Shown here: positions 19,478 through 28,583 of the stretch, piece by piece
Layout: every line of letters begins with the position of its first letter
Position numbering within the stretch: the first letter of the stretch is position 1
Position numbers and translations under genes: made by a program
Origin: an uncultured Alphaproteobacteria bacterium
Lineage (GTDB): Bacteria; Pseudomonadota; Alphaproteobacteria; Bin95
Direction: 5' to 3'
Assembly (NCBI GenBank): GCA_963926085.1
Contig: CAWUWV010000188.1
Coordinates: forward strand, 1 to 34,026
DNA: 34,026 bases
Notes under the pieces: model-generated
Seen by the model: only the letters and a program-made list of their open reading frames with translations
Database searches by the model: none
Told to the model about the DNA's origin: nothing

Positions 19478-20398
19478 TCAGCTGTTTGGCGGTTCAGGCT
19501 GGTCCTCTAAAAACTGGCGCAGACTTAGTGCTGCCGCGGTTGGATATCGGTCTCGTATTTGAATTTTGACCGTGACATGGCCGTAGGTGTAACGAGGGTC
19601 AACCAGCTGCAATTGACCGGTGGAGAGAGCGTCCTTCACGCTGTGCTCAATCAATAATGCAGAGCTAAGGCCAGCCAGCGCTATTTCCCGAGCAACCAGC
19701 CGGTTATTCACGGCAAACCGCTGGGAAGCCGGTAGCTTCAGAACCGTGCTTGAGCGATTGCGGCGCAGAGGCAGAGCCCATATTTCTGCAGTGTCAGCAC
19801 GTATGCTGGGTCGCCCAACCAAGCCGATTCGTTTGATCCGCGCCGGCAATGTTTCCCGCGCGGGACCGCCAGTGATTAGATCTGGTGTTGCGACCAGGGC
19901 AAGGGGCAGCAGTGCGCCGGCGCGACTGGTTGATTGAGGGTTTAGATCGTAGCCAGCAGAAATCGCCATATCGATCGGACCAGCACCCAGGCTTGGCGGT
20001 CTATCATCCACCTGCATTTCGACCTGGACCTCTGGGCAGGCCGCTTCAAAGCGCTTTAGCAGGGGCGGTAGCCAGATTGCGGCGAGCTCTGTTGGTGCAG
20101 AGATGTGGACAGCGCTGGAGAGATTGGCCTATGTGCTGGCTCCAAAAGTGAGGGCGGCGTCTGCGGCGTCTAGGGAGGCGGTACCCTTTTTCAGAACAGC
20201 CTCGCCAAGTGGTGTCAAAGCAAATGACCGCGTCGTCCGGCGCGCCAGCGTGACGCCCATTTCCGCCTCAAGTTCAGACAGTGCTTCACTGACGACAGCG
20301 GAGGACAAGCGCAACTCTGCCGCTGCGCCGCTGATGGAGCCTGCCCTCGCAATGTGGACGAAGTAGCTGAGCAGGCGTAAGGATTTCGCCGAGGCCAT
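19478..20398 (-). pseudogene. LysR-family transcriptional regulator interrupted by a single in-frame TAG (20129-20131)
   Basis: ORF 20129..20476 carries the LysR HTH (FVHIARAGSISGAAAELRLSSAVVSEALSELE). ORF 19478..20017 carries the effector domain. The two are in the same frame, and the gap translates as ...GAST*ANLSSAVHISAPTELAAIWLPPLLKRFEAACPEVQVEMQV. Confidence 0.75.
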
Positions 20399-20400
20399 AG

Positions 20401-20415
20401 TTCGGAATATCCGAA
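20401..20415. promoter_or_regulatory. candidate LysR-type operator (TTCGGA-N3-TCCGAA; contains T-N11-A)
   Basis: Dyad 3 nt upstream of the lysR start, in the divergent intergenic region. A second half-site-like TATCCGA lies at 20438-20444. Confidence 0.4.
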
Positions 20416-20573
20416 GAAACAAGATGAATATAAGGGTTATCCGATATATGGCGCCGGAGCTAGACCTACCTGCCAAGCGTCACGGCGCTGCTGATGGCGT
20501 TTCTACTCCAAGCGCGAGCCACTTCCCGAACCCTCCAGCCTCCGCTTATGATGAGCCGAATACTGAAAACCGG

Positions 20574-21629
20574 ATGGGGATGTACGCGATGCGATTGGGA
20601 ATGTTGCTCAAATATAAGGGCGAGGCCGGTGGGCCGGATATGGATGTGGTGCTGGAAGCTGAGCGCCTTGGGTTCGATAGCGTTTGGTCCGGCGAAAGCT
20701 GGGGTGTTGATACAGTGACACCGCTGACATGGGTGTTGGCGCAGACCACTAAAATCAAAGCCGGTGCTGGCATTATGCAGATGCCTGCCCGCACACCCGC
20801 ATGCGCCGCAATGACGATGATGACGTTGAATGCCATGTCTGGCGGCCGTTTCCTCATGGGCGTCGGCCCGTCTGGCCCGCAAGTGATTGAGGGCTGGCAT
20901 GGCGAGAAATTCGGTAAGCCGTTAATGCGGACGCGGGAATATATCGAAATCCTGCGCAAAGCCCTGGCACGCGATGAACCGCTGATGCATGAGGGCGAAC
21001 ATTATCAGATCCCTTATGCAGGCGAAGGCGCGACAGGCCTTGGCAAGCCGCTGAAGAGCATCCTGCATGGTGACCCAACCAACCCGATCTACACGGCCTC
21101 ATTCTCTCCCGCAGGCCTCCGCACAGCGGGTGAAGTGGCTGACGGAACCTTGCCGATTTATATGTCGCCAGAACAGGCGGGTCTGATTACGGATCATGTC
21201 CAAGATGGCATCACCAAGCGCAAGGACGGCAAGACCATGGCGGATTTCGACGTCTCGCCCTATGTCCGCGTCGCCATGGGGGATGACCTGCAGGCCTGCC
21301 GTGACAAGATCAAGCCGGAACTGGCGCTTTATATCGGTGGCATGGGTGCACGGGAGAAGAATTTCTACAACGACTACGCCAAGCGCCTTGGCTACGAAGA
21401 TGCCGCCCGTGAGATTCAGGACAATTTCCTCGGTGGCCGCCGCAAGGATGCGATGGCTGCAGTGCCGGATGCATTGGTGGATGAGCTCTGCCTCGTCGGC
21501 CCGGCGGATCGGATCAAGGATCGGGTGCAAGTCTGGAAAGAAGCGGGCAAGGACGGTTCCGTTGGTGCCATCCTGCTTGGCGGTGCCAGCAAAGACGCGA
21601 TGCGTGTCATCGCAGAAGCGGCGCTATAG
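20574..21629 (+). CDS. LLM-class (luciferase-like) flavin/F420-dependent oxidoreductase
   Basis: RLGMLLKY...ERLGFDSVWSGESWG N-terminus typical of luciferase-like monooxygenases. The start is uncertain (20574, 20580 or 20589); the ORF's 5' extension from 20424 looks non-coding. Confidence 0.7.
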   Translation: MGMYAMRLGMLLKYKGEAGGPDMDVVLEAERLGFDSVWSGESWGVDTVTPLTWVLAQTTKIKAGAGIMQMPARTPACAAMTMMTLNAMSGGRFLMGVGPSGPQVIEGWHGEKFGKPLMRTREYIEILRKALARDEPLMHEGEHYQIPYAGEGATGLGKPLKSILHGDPTNPIYTASFSPAGLRTAGEVADGTLPIYMSPEQAGLITDHVQDGITKRKDGKTMADFDVSPYVRVAMGDDLQACRDKIKPELALYIGGMGAREKNFYNDYAKRLGYEDAAREIQDNFLGGRRKDAMAAVPDALVDELCLVGPADRIKDRVQVWKEAGKDGSVGAILLGGASKDAMRVIAEAAL

Positions 21630-21649
21630 CCAAACATTGAACTCCTCAG

Positions 21650-21673
21650 CGGCCAGGTAAGCCTTGGCCGTTT
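21650..21673 (+). terminator. weak hairpin plus TTT after the LLM gene
   Basis: CGGCCA-N9-TGGCCG followed by TTT. A second 8-bp stem (GTGCTGGC/GCCAGCAC, 21691-21718) lies between the convergent genes. Confidence 0.3.
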
Positions 21674-21726
21674 GGGAGGTGTTCGATGAGGTGCTGGCGA
21701 CTGTTGTGTTGCCAGCACGCCCTTAG

Positions 21727-23427
21727 CTAATGAGATCGCTCGATGAGCGTGACGGACCCGGGCGAAACTTGATAAAGCTTGTCTGCGATCTCCGTCCAAG
21801 CGGGACGGTGCGTGATGGCGATGATCGTGTAGCGGCCATTGAGTGCGGCGATGTTCTCTACAATCGCTGCTTCGCTTTCCGGATCAAGCGCGCTGGTGAC
21901 TTCATCTAGCACGAGCACTTCTGGCCCCGTGACCAGCGCCCGTGCCAAAGATATGCGCTGCCGCTGCCCGCCGGAAAGCTTGCCGCCCATTTCGCCGACG
22001 TCTGTATCCAGGCCGTCTGGCATCGCGCTGACAAACTCTTTGGCGCTCACTTGCTCCAATGCAGCCCAGACCAGATCGTCTGAAATCGCCTCATCGCCAA
22101 GCGTAATGTTCTCGCGGATATTGGCATGGAACAGGCTGAGTTCTTGTGGGACATAGCCGATCCGCCGACGCCAGGCCTTGATATCTACGTCGTCAATCGG
22201 CGCGTCCCCAATGATAACCCGCCCTGTATCCGCCGTATTCAGGCCGATCAGCAAATCAACGATTGTGGTTTTGCCGGACCCAGACGGTCCCATGAAAACT
22301 GTGATGCCGTTCGCTGGGATATCCAAGCTAAGGTCAGCCAGCACCTGGTTATCGCCATGGGCGAAGCTGACATTGTCTAGGCGGAGGCCATCATCAAGTG
22401 ACGGCACGTGGAGGCCTGTCCATTCTTCCTGGTTGGCTTCCGCCCGTTCAATCAGGCGTTCGGCGCGGAGATAAGCGCTTTCAACCTGCGCCGATTGCTG
22501 CAGGAATTTCTGTAGCTTGTTGGCGAAGGATACGAGTTGGAAGAAGATGACGCCGCTGACCATCAGTTCCGGCAGCGGCGTTTGCCAGACGGTATGGGCC
22601 AGAAACACGCCCCCACCGATCAGTGCGGCGACAAGGACATCACCGCCTTGCAACAGGCCTTGGCGGGAGATTTCTCGTGTCACGAGCGACTTCCGCAGCC
22701 GCTTCAGTGTGCGTGTCATCTGCGCCAGCATCGCGCCGTGGCGTGCCATGGCTTTCAGGGCTTTGATATTACCCAGCATGTCGACCATGTAGCTGGTCAG
22801 ATCAGACGTGCGATCCGTTTGCTTGTATCCGGCTTTGCGTGAAATGCGGATCAACCAGCTAAGCGCCAGGGCGATAAAGACACCGGCAGCCAAGCCTGCC
22901 AGTGCTAGCTTCCAGTCTATTAGAAGGGCCGCAATCACGTAAGCGACGGCCTGCACACCATAGGCCACAACGCGGGCGGCAAGCTGGTAAGCGTCCCCCG
23001 CGCGGCCTGCATCATTGGCGATGGTATTGGCAAAGCGGCCGCTGTTCTGGTCCGCATAAAAGCGCCAGCGCGCGTCGAATACAGCCGCGATCAAGCGGCG
23101 GCGGAGGCTGATCGAGACCCGCGCTGCCGTGATGCCAGCATAGCTCAACGCCGCGAACAGCAGTAGCGCACGAATGGCGATGAACGCCACGACAATGGCG
23201 ATCATAACGCCAAGCGATGGCTCAAGACCGGCTGATTGGATTGTGTCGCGCACGAACTGGTTCAACGGGGAGGAGTTTTCATCATCCCCACCGACGATTG
23301 ACGTCGCGACTGGCAGCAATGTGCTGATGCTGGCCAATTCTGCGATGCCGCCTAGCACAAGGCAGGCGAGCACCACGAATGGCCGCGTCTCCCGCGCCCG
23401 AAAGAAGATGTTGATTACTCTACCCAT
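21727..23427 (-). CDS. fused permease/ATPase ABC exporter (MsbA-like architecture)
   Basis: N-terminal multi-TM domain, then Walker A GPSGSGKTT, signature LSGGQRQRISLARA and Walker B VLVLDEVTSALD. Start at the internal Met (23427), with AAGGTGG between the znuB stop and this ATG. Confidence 0.85.
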   Translation of the reverse strand: MGRVINIFFRARETRPFVVLACLVLGGIAELASISTLLPVATSIVGGDDENSSPLNQFVRDTIQSAGLEPSLGVMIAIVVAFIAIRALLLFAALSYAGITAARVSISLRRRLIAAVFDARWRFYADQNSGRFANTIANDAGRAGDAYQLAARVVAYGVQAVAYVIAALLIDWKLALAGLAAGVFIALALSWLIRISRKAGYKQTDRTSDLTSYMVDMLGNIKALKAMARHGAMLAQMTRTLKRLRKSLVTREISRQGLLQGGDVLVAALIGGGVFLAHTVWQTPLPELMVSGVIFFQLVSFANKLQKFLQQSAQVESAYLRAERLIERAEANQEEWTGLHVPSLDDGLRLDNVSFAHGDNQVLADLSLDIPANGITVFMGPSGSGKTTIVDLLIGLNTADTGRVIIGDAPIDDVDIKAWRRRIGYVPQELSLFHANIRENITLGDEAISDDLVWAALEQVSAKEFVSAMPDGLDTDVGEMGGKLSGGQRQRISLARALVTGPEVLVLDEVTSALDPESEAAIVENIAALNGRYTIIAITHRPAWTEIADKLYQVSPGSVTLIERSH

Positions 23428-23437
23428 AGCCACCTTT

Positions 23438-24253
23438 TCAGGCGCTCGGGCCGCTCCTGTCAAGGCGACGGTAGAGCGATGCGGCGATATTGACGATAGC
23501 GAACAGGGCCGCTGCGGCTGCGACAATGCTTGGCCCCGTTGGCGTATCCGCAAGATAAGAGCCCACAAGGCCGGAGATCGCTGCAATTGCACCAATGCCT
23601 GCCGCCAACGCTGCCATCATCTCCGGCGTGCGGGCTAGGGGCCGGGCAGCGGCTGCTGGAATAATCAGCAATGCGGTGATGAGCAGTGCGCCAACAACTT
23701 TGATTGCGACGGCAACGACAATAGCCAGCGCCAGCGTGAGCAACATTTCCTCCCGCCGTGGCGGCAGGCCGGATGCAAAGGCGAGGTCGGCGTTGAGCGT
23801 CGCGGTTAGGAGTGCCCGCCAGCGCCACGCAAGCAGTGCCAGAACCAGAGCGGCACCGCCCCAAATGATCGCAAGGTCTGTTTTGCCGACCGCTAGGATA
23901 TCGCCGATCAGAAACGCCATCAGATCGACCTGCGCCCCTGCAATCAGGGATGCGGCGACGAGGCCGAGCGCCAAGCCAGTATGGGCGAGAACCCCAAGCA
24001 ACGTGTCCGTGCCGTATCCCCTGCCAGTCAGACCAGCGACGGTGACGGCCATCAACAGGGATACGGCGAGGACGCCTAGGAATGGCGAAACGGACAGCGC
24101 CAGCGCCAGTGCGACGCCTAGGATCGCCGCATGGGCGGTTGCATCGCCGAAATAGGCCATCCGACGCCACACAACAAAGCAGCCGAGTGGCCCTGCAGCC
24201 AGCGCCACGCCAATGCCTGCCAATCCAGCCCGCAGCATAAAATCGTCAAGCAT
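23438..24253 (-). CDS. znuB: zinc ABC transporter permease ZnuB
   Basis: ABC-3 family membrane protein with an FGDATAHAAILG motif. 8-nt overlap with znuC. Confidence 0.85.
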   Translation of the reverse strand: MLDDFMLRAGLAGIGVALAAGPLGCFVVWRRMAYFGDATAHAAILGVALALALSVSPFLGVLAVSLLMAVTVAGLTGRGYGTDTLLGVLAHTGLALGLVAASLIAGAQVDLMAFLIGDILAVGKTDLAIIWGGAALVLALLAWRWRALLTATLNADLAFASGLPPRREEMLLTLALAIVVAVAIKVVGALLITALLIIPAAAARPLARTPEMMAALAAGIGAIAAISGLVGSYLADTPTGPSIVAAAAALFAIVNIAASLYRRLDRSGPSA

Positions 24254-25028
24254 CAGGGGAAGTTTCTAAATGGCTGTGATCATGATTGTGGCCGTGGTCG
24301 TGATTATGGCCGTGCGCGTGATCATGTGCGTGATCATGGTCATGGCGATACAAGGCCAGCGCGCCTTGGCTGCCGAGGCCAAAGAGGGCGCGGTATTCCG
24401 GTGCTTCTGAAACGACCGTCGGCGCGCCCTGGCAGCAGATATGCCCATTGAGGCAGATCACGCGGTCAGACGCCCGCATCACCACATGCAGATCATGGCT
24501 GACCAGCAGCACCGCGCAGCCCATGTCTTGGCGGATGGTCTCAAGCAAGCTGTAAAATTCGGCCTCGCCCTGTTGGTCCAAGCCCTGGGTCGGTTCGTCG
24601 AGTACCAGAAGATCAGGCTTGCCAAGGAGCGCCCGCGCCAGGAGTGCCCGCTGAAATTGGCCACCTGAAAGCGCTGTAAGCTGGCGGTGCTCCATGCCTT
24701 CCAAGCCAGTCAATGCCACGGTTTCTGCGATGGCAGTGCGGTCTCGCCGGACAGGTAAATTGAGGAAGCGCTCGACCGTCATCGGCATTGTGCCATCAAC
24801 GGCTAAGCGCTGTGGGACATAGCCAATCGCTAATCCAGGTTGGCGCGCGACAGTGCCGGATGCGGCTTGGAGCGCGCCCACGAGCAGGCGCAGAAATGTT
24901 GTTTTGCCAGAGCCATTCGGCCCGACAATGGTGACGATTTCACCAGGATCAATGGCGAAGTCAATGCCGTGCAGCACAGTTCGCCCGCCCAGTTGGACAG
25001 CGGCACTGGTCGCTGTTAGCAGGCTCAT
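24246..25028 (-). CDS. znuC: zinc ABC transporter ATPase ZnuC with a C-terminal (His-X)12-His tail
   Basis: GPNGSGKTT, LSGGQFQRALLARAL, LLVLDEPTQGLD. The tail is HDHDHAHDHAHGHNHDHGHNHDHSH. Confidence 0.9.
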   Translation of the reverse strand: MSLLTATSAAVQLGGRTVLHGIDFAIDPGEIVTIVGPNGSGKTTFLRLLVGALQAASGTVARQPGLAIGYVPQRLAVDGTMPMTVERFLNLPVRRDRTAIAETVALTGLEGMEHRQLTALSGGQFQRALLARALLGKPDLLVLDEPTQGLDQQGEAEFYSLLETIRQDMGCAVLLVSHDLHVVMRASDRVICLNGHICCQGAPTVVSEAPEYRALFGLGSQGALALYRHDHDHAHDHAHGHNHDHGHNHDHSHLETSPDA

Positions 25029-25531
25029 ACGGCGGCATTCCCGCGGCAGCCAGGGCAGAGGCCCTCTGCCTCAATCGCAGTACTGGCGATGGCGAACCCA
25101 ACGGCACCGGCTGCCTGCCCAAGGGCTGCACCGACACCAGCTGCGGCATCTTCCGCGACGGCGTTGCAGGCGCTGCAGATCAGGAACACAGGCCGGTGGT
25201 CCTCGCCCGGTTGTGCGCAAGCGACGAAGGCGTTCATCCGTTCAAGTTTGTGCGCGAAGCCGTGGTTCACCAGGAACTCCAGCGCGCGGTAGGCGACGGG
25301 TGGATGCGCAGGCTGCCCTTCTGCAGAAAGGCGGGCCAGCACATCATAGGCACCCAGCGCGCGGTGTTCTTCCAGCAGAATCTCCAGCACACGGCGGCGG
25401 ATGGGCGTTAGGCGTAGGTTCTGGTCCGCACAGACTGCCTCAACATCCGCCGCAGCGGTTTGCACGCAGCGGCGATGGTCGTGGCTGTCGAAGGCGACGG
25501 GTTTGTTATCTGGATCGGATTTGGATGGCAT
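25025..25531 (-). CDS. zur: Fur-family zinc uptake regulator Zur
   Basis: Winged-helix region LTPIRRRVLEILLEE..GAYDVL, CxxC pairs (CSACN, CPGC). ATGA overlap with znuC. Confidence 0.85.
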   Translation of the reverse strand: MPSKSDPDNKPVAFDSHDHRRCVQTAAADVEAVCADQNLRLTPIRRRVLEILLEEHRALGAYDVLARLSAEGQPAHPPVAYRALEFLVNHGFAHKLERMNAFVACAQPGEDHRPVFLICSACNAVAEDAAAGVGAALGQAAGAVGFAIASTAIEAEGLCPGCRGNAAV

Positions 25532-25548
25532 TGGGCAAGGCCATTGAT

Positions 25549-25563
25549 TGTTATGTTATCACA
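25549..25563. promoter_or_regulatory. Zur box in the zur/znuA divergent promoter region
   Basis: TGTTATGTTATCACA matches 13 of 15 positions of the TGTTATAWTATAACA core. It lies in the 48-bp gap between the zur and znuA starts. Confidence 0.65.
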
Positions 25564-25579
25564 TTATATATCGACGCCC

Positions 25580-26500
25580 ATGTTTAAGCAATTCATTAGA
25601 ATAACGTCATCCCTGCTCGCCGCCTGCGCTATCGCAATACCAGCAGCAGCGGCACCGAAGGTCGTAACGGACATACCGGCAGTCCATGCGTTGGCGGCTA
25701 AGGCTATGGAGGGTGTTGGTGCGCCGGTGCGATTGCTGCCGCCGGGGGCATCGCCCCATGGCTATCACATGCGCCCGTCAGAAGCGTCGGCGCTGGCAGA
25801 AGCGGATATCCTTATCTGGATCGGGCCAGAGCTAACGCCTTGGCTGGACCGGGCGCGCCGGAAGCTCAATGCGAAAGCTCCAAGCCTGGCTCTGCTCGGG
25901 GTTCCAGGAACCACACGGCATGAGGCGCGGGAGGAAGCAGTTTTCACGGCCCATGCCGATGGCGGCCATGATCATGGTCACCACCATGGACCCGTTGACC
26001 CCCACGCATGGTTGGACCCGGTGAATGGTGCGAGGTGGCTGGGCGCAATCGCACGCGCCCTTGGGTCCATCGACCCCGCCAATGCTGGCACTTATACCGC
26101 CAACGCTGCGGCAGGCGAGGCGGAACTTTGGGTGCTGAAAGAAGCGCTAAACGCCGAATTGGCACCTGTCCGCAATCAGCCCTATGTCGTTCTGCATGAT
26201 GGGTTCCAGTATTTTGAGGACCGGTTCCGAATTTCAGCCCTTGGCGCGATCCGCCTGTCCGATGGCGCAGCGCCCAGCCCCCGCCGATTGGCAACACTGC
26301 GTCGTGGGATCAAAGCCAGCGGTGCGCGCTGCATATTCCGGGAGCCGCAATACTCATCCGCTCTGGCGGCTGGGCTCGCTGGGCCGGACGTGCGCACCGG
26401 CGTTCTCGACCCGCTTGGTTGGGATTTAGAGGCCGGGTGGTCGCTCTATCCAACCCTGCTTCAACAGCTTGGAACGAACCTCCGGCAGTGTTTGGAATAG
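25580..26500 (+). CDS. znuA: periplasmic zinc-binding protein ZnuA
   Basis: Signal peptide MFKQFIRITSSLLAACAIAIPAAAA at the internal ATG 25580. His-rich loop HADGGHDHGHHHGPVDPHAW. Confidence 0.9.
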   Translation: MFKQFIRITSSLLAACAIAIPAAAAPKVVTDIPAVHALAAKAMEGVGAPVRLLPPGASPHGYHMRPSEASALAEADILIWIGPELTPWLDRARRKLNAKAPSLALLGVPGTTRHEAREEAVFTAHADGGHDHGHHHGPVDPHAWLDPVNGARWLGAIARALGSIDPANAGTYTANAAAGEAELWVLKEALNAELAPVRNQPYVVLHDGFQYFEDRFRISALGAIRLSDGAAPSPRRLATLRRGIKASGARCIFREPQYSSALAAGLAGPDVRTGVLDPLGWDLEAGWSLYPTLLQQLGTNLRQCLE

Positions 26501-26504
26501 GCGT

Positions 26505-27617
26505 CTAGTCCAGCCTTCCAACGGTTTTTGCTTTGATCAGATCGAAATCGATATCGGCACCCAGGCCAGGGCGTTCGATGGCGTGGACGTGGCCGTCGAT
26601 GATTTCAATGTCTGGGTTCAGGCCGTACTTCTGCGCGCCTGAAGGCAATAGCACTTCGAAGAATTCCGTATTCGGGATCGCCATGGCGACATGCAGGTTG
26701 GCAACATTGTTGAGCGAATTGCCGCCGTGGTGGATTTCGAAGTTCATCTTGAATGCTTCCGCCAGATGCGCCGCCTTCAAAATACCAGTGATCCCGGCCT
26801 TCACCGCCACATCGCCGCGCAGATAATCCGTCGCTTGTTGGATGATCCAGGGCGCATAGGAATAGAGGCCGCCGGGTGAATATTCCGTCGCCATTAGGGG
26901 GATTGAGAGCTGCTGGCGAAGCTTTGGATAGTTTAGCATGTCCTCCTCATCCAACGGGTCCTCATACCAATAGAACCCAAGGCCTTCGATGACTTTGCCG
27001 ACGCGGAGCGCTTGCGGATAGTCGTAGCACCAGGTCGCATCCAGCATGATCTTGTAGTCGTCACCAACGGCTTTGCGGACGGCTTCACAGACCTTGATAT
27101 CGTCCGCCGGAATTGTTGGCGGATGGATTTTATATGCGGCCCACCCGTCATCCCGGAACTGCACGGCTTCCTCAGCATAGGCTTCGGGCGCTTGCAGCCC
27201 GGCAGAAGAAGCATAGGCGGGCAGCTTGTCCCGGTACTGGCCGATCAGCCGTGCGATCGGCAGGCCCGCCATTTTGCCAGCAATGTCCCAAAGCGCGATG
27301 TCCGCGGCGCCGATCGCCCGCAGTGTCGTCATGCGGCTTTTGCGGTACATCTGGCGGTATAGGCGCTCACGATCCAATGGGTTTTGGCCCATCAGGATCG
27401 GCTTGAGATAGTGGATCAGGCTGAGGCCATCCATATCCGCGCCCCGGCTGGCGGAGCCTAGAAACGCATGGCCTTCAACACCGTCACGGGTGCGGATCGT
27501 CAGCAGGCCCATCTTCGTAGAGCCGCTGAACAGGCCGGTGTGGTGGCCATATCGTGTCGCGGGAATATCGTCCCACGTGAAGATATCCAAGGGGATGTCG
27601 GTGATGATATCGGCCAT
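26505..27617 (-). CDS. enolase-superfamily enzyme (mandelate racemase/muconate lactonizing family)
   Basis: 370 aa with an N-terminal capping domain and a barrel carrying spaced acidic metal ligands (LDATW, YEDP). Specificity not assignable. Confidence 0.75.
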   Translation of the reverse strand: MADIITDIPLDIFTWDDIPATRYGHHTGLFSGSTKMGLLTIRTRDGVEGHAFLGSASRGADMDGLSLIHYLKPILMGQNPLDRERLYRQMYRKSRMTTLRAIGAADIALWDIAGKMAGLPIARLIGQYRDKLPAYASSAGLQAPEAYAEEAVQFRDDGWAAYKIHPPTIPADDIKVCEAVRKAVGDDYKIMLDATWCYDYPQALRVGKVIEGLGFYWYEDPLDEEDMLNYPKLRQQLSIPLMATEYSPGGLYSYAPWIIQQATDYLRGDVAVKAGITGILKAAHLAEAFKMNFEIHHGGNSLNNVANLHVAMAIPNTEFFEVLLPSGAQKYGLNPDIEIIDGHVHAIERPGLGADIDFDLIKAKTVGRLD

Positions 27618-27632
27618 GGGGGCGCTCCCTTT

Positions 27633-28514
27633 TTACAATTGCTTGAAGGCGATAATGCCGCCTGCCGCGTCTGGCCCGGCGGTGAATTCCAGGCCGTCAC
27701 TGCTGGATTCCAGCTCGATCTCATGGGCGGTCATGAATGCTCTCGCAGCGCCAAAGTCCTCAACGCCGACGACTGCGCCGATCACGGCTGGCCGCGCGGG
27801 CGCCTCGACGCCAGGAAAGCGCGCATCCAATGCGGCGAGGGTCATGATTGTGAGGGCGCCGCCGTCTGTATCAATCCGCCATCCATCCTGCGTTTCTACG
27901 GCTGGACGATTCGCCAGGCGGGCCAGGCGGTCCCGCGTTGGGCCAGGATCGGGTGCGGCGAAAATCGCCTCGACCAGGGCTTTGGCGCCGTTTGCGTGGA
28001 CCAGCAGGTCCGGCTGCCAAAGAATATCCGGCGTCTGGTGTTCGATCACGATGTAGCGGCCTTCGGGCCAGTGATCGTCCTGGCTGAAGATATTGCGGAA
28101 GCGCATTTCAGCCTCGCCGCCGTCCTCATGCAGCCCAAGCGGTGCCATGCGGCGACGTTGCACCGGCGGGTCAAACCCGTCCACACGGTCAGCGAGTGGG
28201 GGATAGGCTACATCAGCCTCATCCACCCGGAAGGCCGCGATATGCGCACCCGCGCCGCGGACGAGATAGGCCGTCCAGGGGTTAAAGCGCTCGGGTGCGA
28301 TGATGCCGATCAGCTCCAGATAACCCTGCTCGAACACGGCGCAGCGGTTGGCGGAGGCCCATGGCTCCAGCGCGCCGTCTGGCCCCGTGAAGCCCATTTG
28401 TGGGCTGGTGCGGCTTAGCGTGAAGCCCAGGCGTTCCCAGGCTGCGGCCCCTGCGGCCAAGTCTGGCCCGATCCATCCAAGGTGATCCAACGATGGCGCG
28501 TCGTTATTCAGCAT
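27633..28514 (-). CDS. VOC/glyoxalase-like domain protein
   Basis: SLDHLGWIGPDLAAGAAAWERLGF resembles the first beta-alpha-beta-beta-beta module of VOC proteins. Start moved to the internal Met at 28514. Confidence 0.5.
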   Translation of the reverse strand: MLNNDAPSLDHLGWIGPDLAAGAAAWERLGFTLSRTSPQMGFTGPDGALEPWASANRCAVFEQGYLELIGIIAPERFNPWTAYLVRGAGAHIAAFRVDEADVAYPPLADRVDGFDPPVQRRRMAPLGLHEDGGEAEMRFRNIFSQDDHWPEGRYIVIEHQTPDILWQPDLLVHANGAKALVEAIFAAPDPGPTRDRLARLANRPAVETQDGWRIDTDGGALTIMTLAALDARFPGVEAPARPAVIGAVVGVEDFGAARAFMTAHEIELESSSDGLEFTAGPDAAGGIIAFKQL

Positions 28515-28583
28515 CGGTTCTCGTATCCTTTTGTCGTTCGCAAACGCTAGCACGATGGGCGAATAGGCCCTATACGCCCTGGC

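Noticed and set aside
24262-24350. Repetitive-looking DNA (catgat/cacg-type short repeats) that could be taken for a tandem or spacer-repeat array.
   Set aside because: It is simply the coding sequence for the alternating His-X tail of ZnuC. It has no repeat-spacer periodicity and no CRISPR-like structure.
25460-25579. N-terminal extensions offered by the ORF track for znuA (25460), dnaQ (2830), coaE (3461), maf (4920), rho (7799), the ABC exporter (23595), the VOC protein (28667) and the HicB-like protein (30916).
   Set aside because: Each extension overlaps a neighbouring gene or regulatory site and lacks family similarity. Internal Met codons give canonical N-termini (signal peptide, P-loop position or family start motifs).
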